A DNA stretch of 59,359 nt, counting the filler, from Platydemus manokwari (lineage: Eukaryota), in the NCBI GenBank assembly GCA_037951405.1. It is 6 parts of 6 records of this genome, joined end to end, with 100 filler letters (N's around TTAATTAATTAA, not from the genome) between each part and the next. Parts side by side here need not be neighbours in the genome. Positions count along the whole stretch, not along the records: positions 21,240 to 32,314 come from JBBMOY010929974.1; positions 32,415 to 41,202 come from JBBMOY011349982.1; 4 more parts are not named here. One strand, written 5' to 3'. Every line of letters begins with the position of its first letter. Position 1 is the first letter of the stretch. The position numbers were made by a program, and so were the translations under genes. The notes under the pieces are model-generated. The model did no database searches. It was not told where the DNA came from and saw only the letters and a list, made by a program, of their open reading frames with translations. Shown here piece after piece: positions 25,001 through 39,089 of the stretch.

Positions 25001-26998
25001 GACATATTCAAAATTGTATTCGTCATGTTATTCGGGTTAATTTTCATAATATTGTAAACAAAATATAAATATAAAGTACGATTTATTAATGGAATATACA
25101 TTTCTAATTATTAATATGATGATTAATTTTGAAATATTGATTTGCTGGGGATATATTTCAGTTATTTAGAATAAAAATCCTTGACTAAGTTGATTAATTT
25201 ACAACATTTTTATTCGCAAGTTTTCACAAGGCTTAATAAATCGAGGAAACACAATTATCTTTTAAACTTTCCTTCCAAGATAGGAAATTCAGAAACAAGT
25301 TCTGATTCTAAAATATCGACCCAAGTTACCATTTTTTTTACCAATTAACTATGCTATTCCCCGAAATCTAATAAGTTATCGATTTACAACTTTCTTCTAA
25401 TATAGTTTTTAAATAATTAATTTAATTAAGCAATGATTGTACTTCATTAGCTGAAATTATCCAATTATTATCTTTGCGTCCAATTTCACAATGAAGTTCC
25501 TTTTTGCTACCAGCATGATATAGATAATATGATCCTGGATCTGTAGTCATGTCTAGATATTTTTGGTTATTAATTTTTGAAACCACTCAATAACAATATG
25601 CTTACTTATTTCTGTCTGAATCTTTGATTCCGGTTGCAAATTTAGATATTGAGTACCGATTTTCTTTAATCCTTTCTCAATTTCGCAACTATATTTACCA
25701 AATGCATCTTTTTCAAATTTAGGAATTGTCAAAGTATTTCCACGAAAGAATACGGCGTCGTCCTTTTTCCAAACTACGACTGTATCCTGTTCCAAATCTG
25801 CTGGATTAATGCAGTTGACTTTAATCTCTCTCCCATAGGCAGGTGGTCCTTGAATATCCATCACCAAATCTATTGGTTTATATTTCATTATTTATATTTC
25901 GATTATTTCAATGGAACTCACTCTTTTTAGATATTGCCGAAATCATCAATTTTCCAACCACATTTCTATGAGGATCTCCATTTCGATTTATTCGATAATA
26001 GTAACTGGAATGGTTTCCTTTCAGTTCTGAAATGTACAAGTCTCTTCCGTGATCTAATAGAATAGTTCCTGGCGGCTGTTCCCACACTGCGACATCGGTG
26101 CGATTCATTAAATTGTGAGTACGATAGCGAATAACTTCGAATGGTGCCCTAAGACTTTCTATGTATGAAACTTCTTCGTCGATAGGTTTTTCTGAAATAT
26201 ATGTCATGTTTAACAATAACAATTCCTTTTAGTAGAAAAACTTCGATTTAAAATTTTAACGATGAAAAAATAAATGATAAAAATATTAATTTTATAAAAA
26301 TCTAAATGTTACCTCTTATCTTCGGAATTTCAGAAACCAATATTATTTTTTTGACGTTAATTATTGATTTTGATGTTGAACCAACAGAACAATAGTAAGT
26401 TCCATAATCAAATTGATCGATATTTTCTATTTTATATTGATTACCCGAATGAATGTGATATTGTGGAGGTCTGTACCATGTCACAGGTTCGTTGGTTGAA
26501 TCCCCGCAAACTAACTCAGCCGATCCTTGTTTAGATACGACATATACAGTTTCATTTGTGTCATACTTAAATTTGGTCGGATCTATTTTAAATAAACATT
26601 GTTCAAAATTCAACAAATCAAACGACTTTACTTTCCATTGTGTTTTTATCCATTACATTCATCCTGGCATTTCTTGTAGTGTTGTTTTCAGTGACAATCG
26701 AACATTTGTACGTTCCGAAATCTGATGGGCTTCGTAATTTTATCACTATTCCGTATGGTTTAACTTCGCTTTTAATCAATACATTTTCACCATTTTCAAC
26801 TTTATAATATGAAACGACATCCGTTTTCTTTCGGACATTTGGACAAACAAAGTACACACTAATCGGACCGAATTTCAAATTGTCTTCATCTACACTCACA
26901 TTTCTCGTCGGTTCAAAATTCTGTGTTTGAGAAATAATTGTTGGAGTGAAGAAAATAACGAGAGGAATGATAGTCAAAACATGAATTGCAATACTCAT
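22008..26998 (-). CDS. Immunoglobulin-superfamily secreted/cell-surface protein with six Ig domains; 3' end unresolved
   Basis: Signal peptide MSIAIHVLTIIPLVIFFTPTIISQ at ATG 26998. In-frame GT-AG exons: 26632-26998, 26313-26582, 25922-26191, 25606-25869, 25443-25552 (or 25540), 22366-22552, 22008-22316. Phase-1 introns separate the domains. Ig C...W...GxYxC motifs: DFGTYKC, DYGTYYC, AFGKYSC, HEGTYKC, HEGIYVC. Confidence 0.88.
23287..25360 (+). mobile_element. Degenerate DNA transposon, probably Chapaev3 (CMC group), inside an Ig-gene intron
   Basis: Broken frames at 23550-24200 give PDLFCYICGELT, ELYFG/DQNK, IIWRECKSHASDWY, CICGDLKVA, IFVEPQIRE and FKIVCNNLVSNKKAE. From memory these match Chapaev3 transposase motifs (FCYICG, DQDK, IWREP, GDLK, GIFVGPQIR). 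Outer boundaries are approximate. Confidence 0.6.
24212..24517 (-). mobile_element. Non-autonomous hAT (Buster/Charlie-like) deletion derivative nested in the Chapaev-like element
   Basis: TIRs CAGTGGTCTTCA (24212) and TGAAGAACACTG (24517). The 8-bp flanks GTCTAGAC/GTATAAAC match at 6 of 8 positions (NTCTAGAN-type target). The interior encodes a hAT C-terminus, IETKYRSN..DLKLVL..IEPRFDVLCQNMQ. Confidence 0.8.
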
Positions 26999-29900
26999 TA
27001 CCAATATTAAAAATGAAATTAGAATCAATTAAAACCTATTTATCAGTTCGAGATCAAATGAATTCATTTTTCTAAATCACCTGTAAATATAACGAAGCTG
27101 CATGTGCATTTTGAATTCCAACTACCAACTATTCGATCTATTCGCTTCGTGTATGCAAAAGTAAACAAAACCGTTTCCTAAAAAACAAGCGCTGCTAAAC
27201 AGGTTTTGTAAAAGAAATACACTATTAGTCATATTCACCATGCAATTGCATGTTGTATGTAGTCCAATAATTGATTTCTGACATCAATCTTCTTATCAAT
27301 AATAAATAATGACAATTTTATGACGATTTGTAATCACACTGCTTACCTTTACGGAATCAGACACACATTTTAATCAGTCTACTTTGCCTTTCCTCATTTG
27401 ACGAGTATGTTTTTAATAATCATTTGGTTGGTATTTCATTTTTTTTAACATGATATATCATCTATCATTCTATCATTAGAAATTTGTTAGATTCATAAAT
27501 TGGGGTAATTTATTCGATTATTCGTCATCATGATAAATGGTCTCTCATCAATTAAGATCAATAGTTATTTAATTAAAATTCGTTATCCTGTGAATAAATT
27601 TTCATAACCAATTAACATTTTGAAAGATAATTTCAAATATAATCAATTGAGAGTGAATGACTAAATTATTTTTAATTTTTTTTATTTATACTTGACTTAT
27701 TAACTTAATTTGTTGATCTGAGGTTGTATATTTTTTTTATAAAATTATAATGAATAACAGTCATATTGTTATCATCAATTTAAATTACTATTGAATGAAT
27801 TTAATTATGTCAAGTTAAATTTAATAAATTGACAAAATTAGTTGAATTAATATTAATATTTTTTACCAAATCTGATGCTCATAATCTGAATTGACTTTAT
27901 CGAAAATTATTTCCTAGTATTTATTACTAGAATATTATTATTAAAGAGCGCCTACTTTTCAAATAAAATGAACTCATCAGGAGAATATATTAATTGTCAT
28001 AATATTTTTCTGAAAACCATTTATAGAGATTTGGATTTTAATTTACTTCTTAAATCTTTACAACAAAAATTTAGTGATATAAATCTAACTAATATTAATT
28101 AAACGTGTTTATATATTTTAATTAAGATTTCGTCATAAATTTGAAGTTTTTCATTGCAAAATTTGATTTTTAATTAATTTTGAAGATATATCCATCTCAA
28201 GAGAAAAATACAATAAGGAATCAAGAACATATTTTTAAAGACTGAGTCATTTTTAACTTTTATTTTATTATTAATCTAAAATCTAAACGGCTTCCGCACA
28301 GATTAAATATTTATTTTTTAAACATAAAGTTTCTTAAATAATTTCGTTTTTTGGTTGGAACATCCTGGATGAATATCGTGTACACCAATTAAACAACACA
28401 TACATCACAAATTTGGTTTTCATATCTACATCAATCCAATCATCATGCTGAGTAATGTTAGTTTAATTTGAATAATGTCATAAATTAAAGCCTTCCTTTT
28501 TATGAATAATATGACTAACTGTGGTTATAAACGATATCAAAAACCAGAAATTAAAGATTTTCATTTCATGTGTCATATTTCATATAAATAAAATAACATT
28601 ATTATATATGATAATAGTATCATCAGCAGTTAAACAGTTAATAAAAAACCATCGAATAAAAAGTCAAACACTCATCAATAAACAAATTAAAATTAGCCAG
28701 ATCCTAGGTTTTTTTGAAAACGCTACGGATATTCTAATTTTTAAAATTTGTTCTCGGTTTTAAGTAAATTTAGATGATATTGAAAATCATCTTATTAGTG
28801 ATAATTGATTTTCAAACGAAGTTTAAAAAGCATGTTTTAAAAATAGTTAACAGTTATTAAATTAAAAAATATTTCGTTTGATTAACCGCTAGTCTAACAC
28901 TAAGTTTATGTCTATCATTGAAACGACAATTTCGAATGTGAGGGTTTTTAATTTTAAAAATAAAAATTAAATAATTATTTATGTATACATGTATGTGGAA
29001 TATATTCTACTGGATTTCTTCATGAATAGTTTGAATAATATTTTTTTCTTCTAATATTTACGTTGTAATTTTATTTTTCGTGGATGCACTATTCATTTAG
29101 CTATTTCATTTCTTGAATTTTCGTATATGCTTGAATCTAGACGAATAGATTAATATACATTTACATATATTTTGAAATAACTATACATGTTTTAAAATTA
29201 TGTTTAAAATTATATATATATATTGGAATAAGCTCGCAGATTCCGATAACCTTATGCACATTAAAATATGCATTCTCATAGCAACTTCGAAAAATGCCTC
29301 TCAATATGCAAAAGAGAAGAAATGTTTAATCTTATCAGACTTATCAGACAGCGATACAGTGTCAAATGGTGGTATGCAAATTTTTGAAAATAAAAGGATT
29401 ATAATTTTTTATCCCCATTTTATACCCAAATCAAATAATTTATTATTAGATTAAGATGTATTGTTTATTTTCAAATAATAATTTTTCTATCAAATAGAAA
29501 TAGCATGAAATCTGTAAATTTGTACACATCTTTTAAAAAGTATAAAAGATTGATAATAACATAGTTTGCTATATAATCGAGGAAAAAGATAAACATAAAT
29601 ATATTCTTCAATTGTTTATCATATAATGGCTTGTCCATTAAATGAGGTAATATATCATTATTCAGAGCTGAAGTAGCCGCATTATGTAGACAATATTACA
29701 ACTATATTGTAATAAAGCTTTTAAAAGACCGGTTCTTATCTTCATTATTCACACGAGAATAACGCGTGAGAATTTATATTTAGCAGGAATGAAAGTATCG
29801 AAAGCAGCTTGTAAAATTGAAACATCACAACAAGAACTAGTATTGTAAAATTATTGAATTTACAATTGCAATCCAAACGACGCTGTGCTTGGAATATATG

Positions 29901-32314
29901 ATGGAAAAAATAATAAAAAGAGGAAGTCTTTATACACAGTTGTTATATCTATCTATCTAATATATATATAGTTGTTGTTGTTGTTGTTGCTTTCATACTC
30001 CTGAAACTTCCATTCACTGTTTCATGAATTCTATTTATAAATTTTATAAGGTTGACAGGATGATCGACTTTAGAGTTTCTTGTTGATCTACATTTTGCAA
30101 TTCTAATCAATAAGAATTTATATGAATTGTATTAAATAATAACACTTAATTTTGTTCCACGTTCTTATATTTTAAAGTTCAACTTTTTCTAAGTTTAATT
30201 TTATAATGGTAATTAATTAGTTTTGTTTTTGTTTTTTTAATATTCTCATATTTTGGCTATTCCAAACACAATTAATGTAGATTGTATTCAATATTATAAT
30301 ACCGACGCATTTTTTAATATAAAAATATGTCAATATCAGTTTTTTTCGGTGGAATATTAAATGAGACATTCAAACGATAATTTTTCAACCATGTTCAGAG
30401 CTTGAATTTTAGAATCTAAAATAATTACTTACCTGCGTATTACGATATTTATTATAACTGAATCCCCAAAATTATAATTGTTAAATAACAGTTCATACAA
30501 ATTTAGCAAGATCGTCAAAACTCCCAACACTCAGAAATCATTGAATAAAATCACACATAACAACAAAATTCTCGAAAACCAAATACCAAATTGGCACCCG
30601 AAAGATAGAAATATCAATAGTAGTTACCGACTAAAAATACATTATTAAATTGATTTATTTAAACAAAATGTCCTAGAATATTTGATTAATTTTATTATTA
30701 ATTTTTATTCTTTGATTTAAGTAAAATATTTTCTTTTGATGTCATCCTAAGAATATTTATTTACAAATTTTTAATTATTTATTAAATTTATTTTTGACAT
30801 TCCCACCAGATGAATCAAATAATTGATTATATTTTTGAGCAAGATTTTTTATTCTGGATATTTGTTATGGTTTCACATGATAACATTGTCAAGTAAAGAA
30901 GAATCGCATGCAAAGCAGCAAAACTTCTAACGTAGGAACCAATTTTTTGATGTTTTAATACCATACATACCTACACAGTGACACAGAACAATGCCTGACA
31001 AATCATGATCAATTTTCAATTTTGCAAAATACATGGCCACACAATGACTCATACACAGGTCTATAGTATCCGAAATCATAAGTGGATAAGTATCAGCATC
31101 AATCAAATAAATGACTATGTCTCAATCACCTAAATTTCATATCTTCTTAAATAAAAACTGTTATTTAGATAATTAACTCCTAATTGATTATCCTCTCCTT
31201 ATACACTATCTAGTCATTTAACCTCAATCTCACACAATCATATGACTTGACAAACTTATTTGACCTATAGACCCATTCGACTTATAAATTATAATGTCAC
31301 TTTAATGGTTCGTGTTTAATGTAAAGTGAGGCACAATAGGGGAGATAAAACATATAAAAGAGATAAAATGATAAAATAAATACGAAGAAATAAGTGAAAT
31401 AAAAATTAAATGATAAAATAATAATAAAATGAGACCTATAAATAAGGCAAAAACAATAAAAACCAATAAGAGTTACAATTGATTCATTAAACAGAAAATA
31501 GTTCAGGTAAAACCAACTGAATAGGTGAAATAAATACAGCGGACAATGAGATTGTACTCAAAACAAAAAAATGACAATTTTTAAATAATTTAGTCTAACA
31601 TATCTGGGCTGAACTTTGATAGAAGAAAAAGAAATTTATCGAGTAAAATCTATTATCCTTTAGACGAGTGAGATGAAAGAGAATTGGATATATAACTATT
31701 ATAAACGGAAAAATCAATGGAAATTCTAACCAAGAGTCTGCCGATGTCGTAGTCTCAGCTAATCATCCTTGAATCGACTTTGAAACCACTATTTAATAAT
31801 TCTTTTATTGGTGTATTCGAACTCACAGCCATTTCACTAACATTAAACATCCTGAAATCTGTCATAATATCTGTAAAATTTTGCATATTTAATTCATTAG
31901 ATGAATAGAGTTTAATTCACTATACTTTCAATTCTTCAAAAGCATTTTCGATATGGAGTGAAAAAATGAGCAAAAAATAATATTTTATTTTCCAATTGAT
32001 GGAAATCAAAACATAATTTTCAAATTTTTAATTCGATTTTATCGTGACTTTCATTTCTAGAAATCGATTTAACTCTCGGACTTGAAGTGAAGTACTTAAC
32101 TACAATTTATTATTAATTCTGCAATACTCGAAATCAATCTTTGCTAAAATTTCCATTCATTTTTAAAACTTGAAATAGTTATTCCACATTTTAATAAAAA
32201 ATTTGTTTCATCATCATCTATTGTCTGCATTTTTCAAATTACCAGGTTGAGTCAAAAGTTATTCATGTTTTTATGCAGGTATTTTATTAACACAAATTGT
32301 TATAACGCTGAACA

Positions 32315-32414
32315 NNNNNNNNNNNNNNNNNNNNNNNNNNNNNNNNNNNNNNNNNNNNTTAATTAATTAANNNNNNNNNNNNNNNNNNNNNNNNNNNNNN
32401 NNNNNNNNNNNNNN
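32315..32414. other. Assembly gap with TTAATTAATTAA linker
   Basis: 44N + linker (32359-32370) + 44N. Confidence 0.97.
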
Positions 32415-32527
32415 CAGAATTGTACAAGATTTTCTTTAATAAACACTCAATTGTTCTAAAAAATTCCGGTTTTTAAGTTATAGACCCAATAGTACCGGTT
32501 GAGAGTAGCATTTTTACATTTTATTTA

Positions 32528-32657
32528 TGTGGCACTTTTTCTCCGGTGTATTAAAATAAGTTAAATTTTTAAAGATATTTTCATATAATTTTTTATCTAA
32601 TTGTATTTAAATATCTAATTCGATGCCGTGTGCTTTATAAAACAGTAGCGGCTTAAA
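32528..32657 (+). mobile_element. Solo-LTR-like relative of the TRIM LTR
   Basis: TGTGGCACTTTTT...TTTTTAAAGAT...TTGTATTTAAATATCTAATTCGATG...GTGTGCTTTATAAAACAGTAGCGGCTTAAA; collinear with the TRIM LTRs. Confidence 0.55.
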
Positions 32658-35600
32658 GGTATGTGATTAATTAAATACTGTGATTTTCAAGGAGTTTGGT
32701 TTATAGCCAGCATCAAACTACAACAATAATAAATGTTAATTAATGTTAAGTCTCGATATAAAATTATATTAAAACATAATTATATTAATAGAAATACAAA
32801 ATCATAAAGAAGTCTTTGATATAAGAAAGAGAATTCTCGATTTTCAAAGAGAACAATAACAAAATATACCATTGGGATACAAGTTTGTAAGCGTAAGATT
32901 AATGATATACAATGTCTCTTGTGAATTTGAGTCTCTTATGTATAATATCAGGTTATCCGTAAAGTATTGCATATAAATGCGTAGAATAATTAAGCAATAA
33001 GTGTCAATAGGAAGTATCGTTGTCTTAATTATCACGATTAAAATTCTGCATAAATAAATACGAATGAGAAAAAGAGAAAATATATTCGTTTGATTTTTTG
33101 TAAATAATGTAGAAAATATTCGATTATCAACTGTACCGGCTGACAAGATATAAGAAAAGAAGGCGACTAGGGTTTCATTGGAAAAGATTTGACAGACTCA
33201 ATTTATATTTTTAAACATACATTATTAAATTTCTTGACAAATCAAAGTGATTCTGAATTAATGCTGGAAAATAAATATAAAATTTGAGGTTTTTTTATTA
33301 TAGGAGATTTTTAGGACGAAGATTCTTTTTTATATTTATTGTGTAGAAACAAATGATAACTAAAATTTAAAGTTTTGAATGTGGATATAGAAGAACTAGG
33401 TATAATTGTTTTGTTTATCATGCCATTGACAGTATAAGATCAAGATGAAACTGACAATGTCTCCAAACAATTCTTTTTCTAATCTTAAAACGCACCTGTC
33501 AGTGGTTCTCTGTTGAATTTTTCAGTGAAATGAGGTGACCTTTCAAATGCAATGGAAAGTATTACGACAGTGAGGATTCATAATGAATTGAAATTTTTAT
33601 AAAATATTAATTTTCTTGAATAATTGTAATCGAAATTTGCTGTAATTAATTTTTGGCTCCTTTTTAATGGTTGTTTTATAAAAATAATAAAGCTTTTCAG
33701 ATTTAGCTACTATATTATTATCAATATTTGCTCTGATTTTGAAATAAATTAAACTTATACAAGCAATTTATACGTGGCAAGTTTTTGTCTATGGCCGTAA
33801 AAGTTAATTAACAATCGAGTACTGTGACTATGATGATAGGGCTTCTATGATTTCTAGTACTTACTTAAATTTCAGCACTTACCTTGAAGTATAATCGACT
33901 TGTTGTAACTTCTTTAAATGTACTCGGGAACAAATATATATGGAGTTGTTATTATAAACCTTATCTGACTATTATATCTAACTTCAGAGACGCTCATTGA
34001 GACAACGCAATAGTCGAAGTGATAGATAATAAAGTTTATTTACATCTTTACAATCCGTTTACAAAATAAAATTAAGTTCCAATTCCTTCTTATTTATTCC
34101 AATGTCACTGTGCATATGTTAATTACTCTGAGTTTAAGTTAATCTTGTTACTACAATACCGGACTTAACTAAGTTTTACATTACCCTTTATGGCTAACTT
34201 TACACGCAAACTATACCATCACTGAATCAATACGCAACCTATAGACAATCATTACCTTTTTTCATTATAGAATGCCAATAATCTTCCTTAAAATCTGAAT
34301 TACAGTACCAATTTATGTTTAATCGTAGCGGACTTTTAAATTTAAATATTATAATAACCATTAACTTTTGTACTTTAAAGCTTTACATATATTTTTAAAT
34401 GATAGCCAATTAAAGTATTCCTAAAGAAACAATAATTACAATTTATTGTTCCTTTAACTTATCAAAATCAGCTACTATATTTTTTATTAAAGTATTCACT
34501 TTGATCGAGTTTCAGTATGCCACAGAAGACAATTACATAAAGTAGAGAATTAATCCAGATTTATATCGAAAAATATAAGAATTTTTATTTTAGATTTTAT
34601 CCAATGATTTTAAACTAGTTTAAAATTGATTTTTTGGCTTCAATGCAATCTTATTTGGTTATAATTGAACTCATTTCAATAATGTTCTTTGTTTTCACAA
34701 TTTCCGGCTATACTCAATGAATAAAATTGAAATTTTTTTCGAGTTTTATTCAAATAAATAAATTTAATGTTCAAAATTATTTTTTGTTAAAATATTGATT
34801 TAAACATACTTCTATATTTACTTGACTTTTTAAATATTTATTTAAATACAAGCGCTCCTTAACTTTCGTTGTAAATCGTTCTTGAAATGTGCATTTAGGC
34901 AGAAGAATGTAAAAAACTTCGAAAGAGTTTTGAAGATATTTATTTTTATCGAATGATTTGAAGCTATTCAAAATTACGGCCAGAATCACTGGAATTTATA
35001 CTAAAAATTTATGCATGCTCACTGGTAATGTAAGCTTCTAAATGAAAATTCTCTTGTTGAATTTCAGATTTCAATCAAGTCACGGCAATAGAAAAAACGA
35101 ACTATTATATCGGTCAATAGTGCTGAAGAATGAAATTCTCAAACATGACTTAGAAATCTTGCATAAATAAAAGTCAATGCACAAGACCTTGATTGTTACA
35201 CACAAAATTAAGACAATAAAACAAATGCAGATAATAAAAACCTTCAAAAAAGTTTATCTAAAAAATAATTTCCTAACTTTCTACGTACTTACATTTTCTT
35301 TCCAAATTTTTTAATTCCAATAAATTTTTCATTTCAAATGTTTCTCAACAAGTCCTTCATCACCTTTGGACTTCGCATAAAAAGTTCACTTTTTCAGCAT
35401 TGGTTTTCGGCAAGAATCTATTTTAGATATTCTTGCTGAATTACCTCTCCGACAATGTTTTTATGTCATATAACCCGTAGCTAGACTTTTTGACCTTGAT
35501 ACTATCCAAACTCCGCGTTCGCCATCCTGATTAAATAAGGCTTCTATTTAATTAATAAGTTATTCAGATGATTATCCGATCTCTCAAAGAATGAAAAGTA

Positions 35601-36469
35601 TAAAATACATTATAATTCCATCGTTGAATCTTTTTCCATTGAATTTTGTATATTTTAGAAATGATATCCTAGAGAATGGAGTTTTATTAATGAAGAATTG
35701 TAAATATTAATAGGTTTTTCATCATTGTCACTCTGTATTATTTTTGCAAGTGGGATAACTATGCCAAAAGCGAAGTTTAGAAATGGCTTTGCTTTGAATA
35801 TTGATTACTTCAATATATAACGTTTTCTCATTGCTGACAAATAAATACCGATTTTCAATAGAATTTTTGAAGAAACTTAAGAGATATTTATCACAAGCAA
35901 GAGCACGAAGCAATAAAAGATGTAGAAATAAATTGTTTTTAAAAGATTACATTCGAACAAAATGTTGGAAAAAGTAAAGCTCTGGAAAATAAACTAAATT
36001 TTTAAAATATCGATAATCGCATCAATAAATTCCAAAGAACCACCTACAATGAAGTCAGGTGAATTTAATTAAAAATTGATATCATAAATGGGCGATCAAT
36101 AGTTTCCGAGAAATTTAATATTAAACAAGTTTTGTGATGCATTTTAGTTTTATATTGATTATTGGATGAATCAAGAAATTTTTTATGTGAAACACCAAAT
36201 TTGAGATTTTTATTTTCACATTTTTTCAGATGACAATTAGGAAATTCTTTTTGAATACAAATAAGATAATCATAACAATAATATAAAGTATTTTCAAAAT
36301 TTTCAAGATTTTTTTTGAATAAATTAAATTGAATCTATTAATAAAACAAGAAATTAAAAACACCTAAAAGTAAAGGAATGGAACGAAAGTTTTGTCCGAT
36401 AGAAAATAATATTTGTTTAACCAATTACGAAAACATGTAAATTAAGAGATATAAACAAAACACCATTCG

Positions 36470-36545
36470 TTTGTAAATCTGAAATGTTGAAAATGGTCAC
36501 CTTTAAGGTCCACACACTTTTTTCCAGTGTTCTGGAAGTTGTTTT
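36470..36545 (-). mobile_element. Tc1/mariner transposase C-terminal remnant
   Basis: Minus strand LPEHWKK/CVDLKGDHF resembles the mariner end motif RWxKCxxxxGDYF. Confidence 0.5.
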
Positions 36546-39089
36546 ATGTCTTTTTCATACAATTATTTAATTAGAAGATAGAAATTAAGCATTTAATAAA
36601 AGGATTTAATAATGCATTTAAACTAAATATTTCATAAAATATTGAAATGTTTTATATTTACAGACGATTGATGTTTTGTTTATATTTCTCAATTTACATA
36701 TTGTCTTTATTGGTTAAAGACAAGACTTTTGTTCCAATCCTATAGTAACAATCGATAATATTTACCTTAAAATAGTATAAAAAAATACTAAAATATAAAA
36801 TAAAATAAAAAAAGAAATCGAAACCCATATAAATAAAATATCAAAATAGTAACTCGTCCTCAAAATTTTGGCGAAGGCAATTCACGAAATTTCATCGCCG
36901 ACAAGAATTTAATTTAAAAATAAAAATTAATTATAATACAATCCGTTTCATTATGTTATTAATTAATTCAGCACAATATTCTGCGAAGAGAAAGAGTAAA
37001 ATAGTTTATTTCTATTTTCAGTTCTATTCTTTTGACAGTTTCATGAATTTGATTATCATGACGAGTTTATTGAATATTGTAAATGTTTTTAATCAACTCT
37101 TTGGCTAAACTCGACTAAATTCTAAACTCAGACGTACACTGAACTAACACGCGTAGTTGCTGGAACATCAGGAAACACCATTTATAAACATCTGGTGGCA
37201 TAATAGATTTCCTGAGGAAAAATTCAAGGGGTCAACCTTTAAATTCAATAATAACTCAAATTATTAAATTTAATCATCCGGGTTATTTGTTATTTGCTAT
37301 ATAAATTGCCTATTTGATTTTGCAATATCTATTAATGATTATTGCATTTGATTTGATTATCATTATAAATTTGTTTATCATTTATATTTTATAATCAATA
37401 TTATCTATTCATTTAATTTATTTGTATTTAAAAAGTGTCATATTTGCTAAAATAACCACATCAATTGGAGCCAGATTTTAATAAAATTATAATTAGCAAT
37501 TGTCGTTTGAAATTAAATCATCAACGAAAACTAACTCGTTAAAAGCCTAATATTAATAGATCTCCGTTAGATTCTTAAATCTATCGTAAAAATATTGAAA
37601 CATCGCAAGCGTGACAATATTAAATTAAAATATTAACGATATGAAAGAAAATTACCAGAAATTATTTACAAAATCTTCTAAAGTAAGCAGCTAATCGCAG
37701 AATATTTAGTTTTAGCTAGTGGATTTAATATGAAACATTATGGGTGAAACAGAAATTATGAATCAATAAAAATTTATTACTTGAATAAAACAATGATTAT
37801 TCAATGTGCATTAATTTTTTCCGACAGAAACTGGTAATATCAAATCGATTATAGTCCGTTTAATACATTTAAAAACTATATTTCTATTTGTGTCCGTATT
37901 CCCTAACCTTTGTCGGTAGAGATGCCTTTTAAATTATTTAATAAATGTGATTAACAATAGTCAATGGGGAAAGATGGAATCGAATAAATCAAACACCTTA
38001 CTTCGCTTTTCATTGGTTTACTGGATACGTGGGTGTGCCTCACTATATGAGTAACTGAAACTGAAAAAGGGTTTCAAGAGTGTCGATGGTTGAAATTAAA
38101 TGCTAAGTCGGCTCAGTGAAAGAAAATTAATAAAATTATATGATTGTAATAATAATTTTAAAAGTATTCTGTGAAATAAGATTCGTATTTAATAGTTATT
38201 CTCGTAAACAATTTTTGCCCCAAACTATTTTCCTGTATTAAACTTTTCTTTTTGCAAATCCTAGATCGTAGATCGTCATATGAGAAATATAAATTTCAAG
38301 ACAACTGGTATGATAATATATTAAACCACGTTTCTATGCTTTCTCTTGGAATTATGTGAAAATTTATTTCGAGAAATCAGTAATTAAACAATTGAACTTC
38401 CGGAATTAGAAATGACAAGCGAATATAAAGAATTATTTACCGACGAATGTAAAATATTTTTTCATGTTTATTATAATATATCAATAGAGCTATGTTTTAT
38501 AAATATTATTTTATAATTATAATTATAGGGTTAATATTTTTACACCGAAACCAATCCGTTTCTTGTCAAAATTATTTTAAATTCAATAAATGCTTTACCT
38601 TTTTAGGGTATTTAAGAAGAAACACGTTAAAATATAGATTCTTATAAATCCACATTACGAATTTATCATTCAGGGTAAATCAGTTTGATATATTTCAAAA
38701 GCTAATATTCATTGGAAACGATAGTTTCACGAGTTCATCGACCATTGTAATATCATCATTGTAAATTATGAAACCCCTAAATCGCATGAGAATTGTGTAT
38801 TTGGCACACATCGCCTCGGATAATTTTCTTAAGAGTCGTCGGTAGTTATTAGATTATTTTCGATTTTGATTCCCACAAAAAATCATGTAGAACCTGAAGT
38901 GGACTCAAAAACTTGCGTTTCGGTCACCATCCTTATGTATTGTGTGTAATTAATTTTTCATCAACTACTATCCGGTTGAAAATATTCTGTTTTTTCTTCT
39001 CGAATCATCGATCATTTCACATTAGCAGCAAACTGATTTGAGCGTTTTTTCAGTGCTTTCGATACTCTTGTCGTTGTGTCTAGGTTCAT

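Noticed and set aside
28521-34989. Numerous 60-100 aa I/F/L/K/N-rich ORFs (e.g. 28521, 29200, 32844, 34777)
   Set aside because: Their composition is what random AT-rich DNA gives; no motifs or splice-consistent structure.
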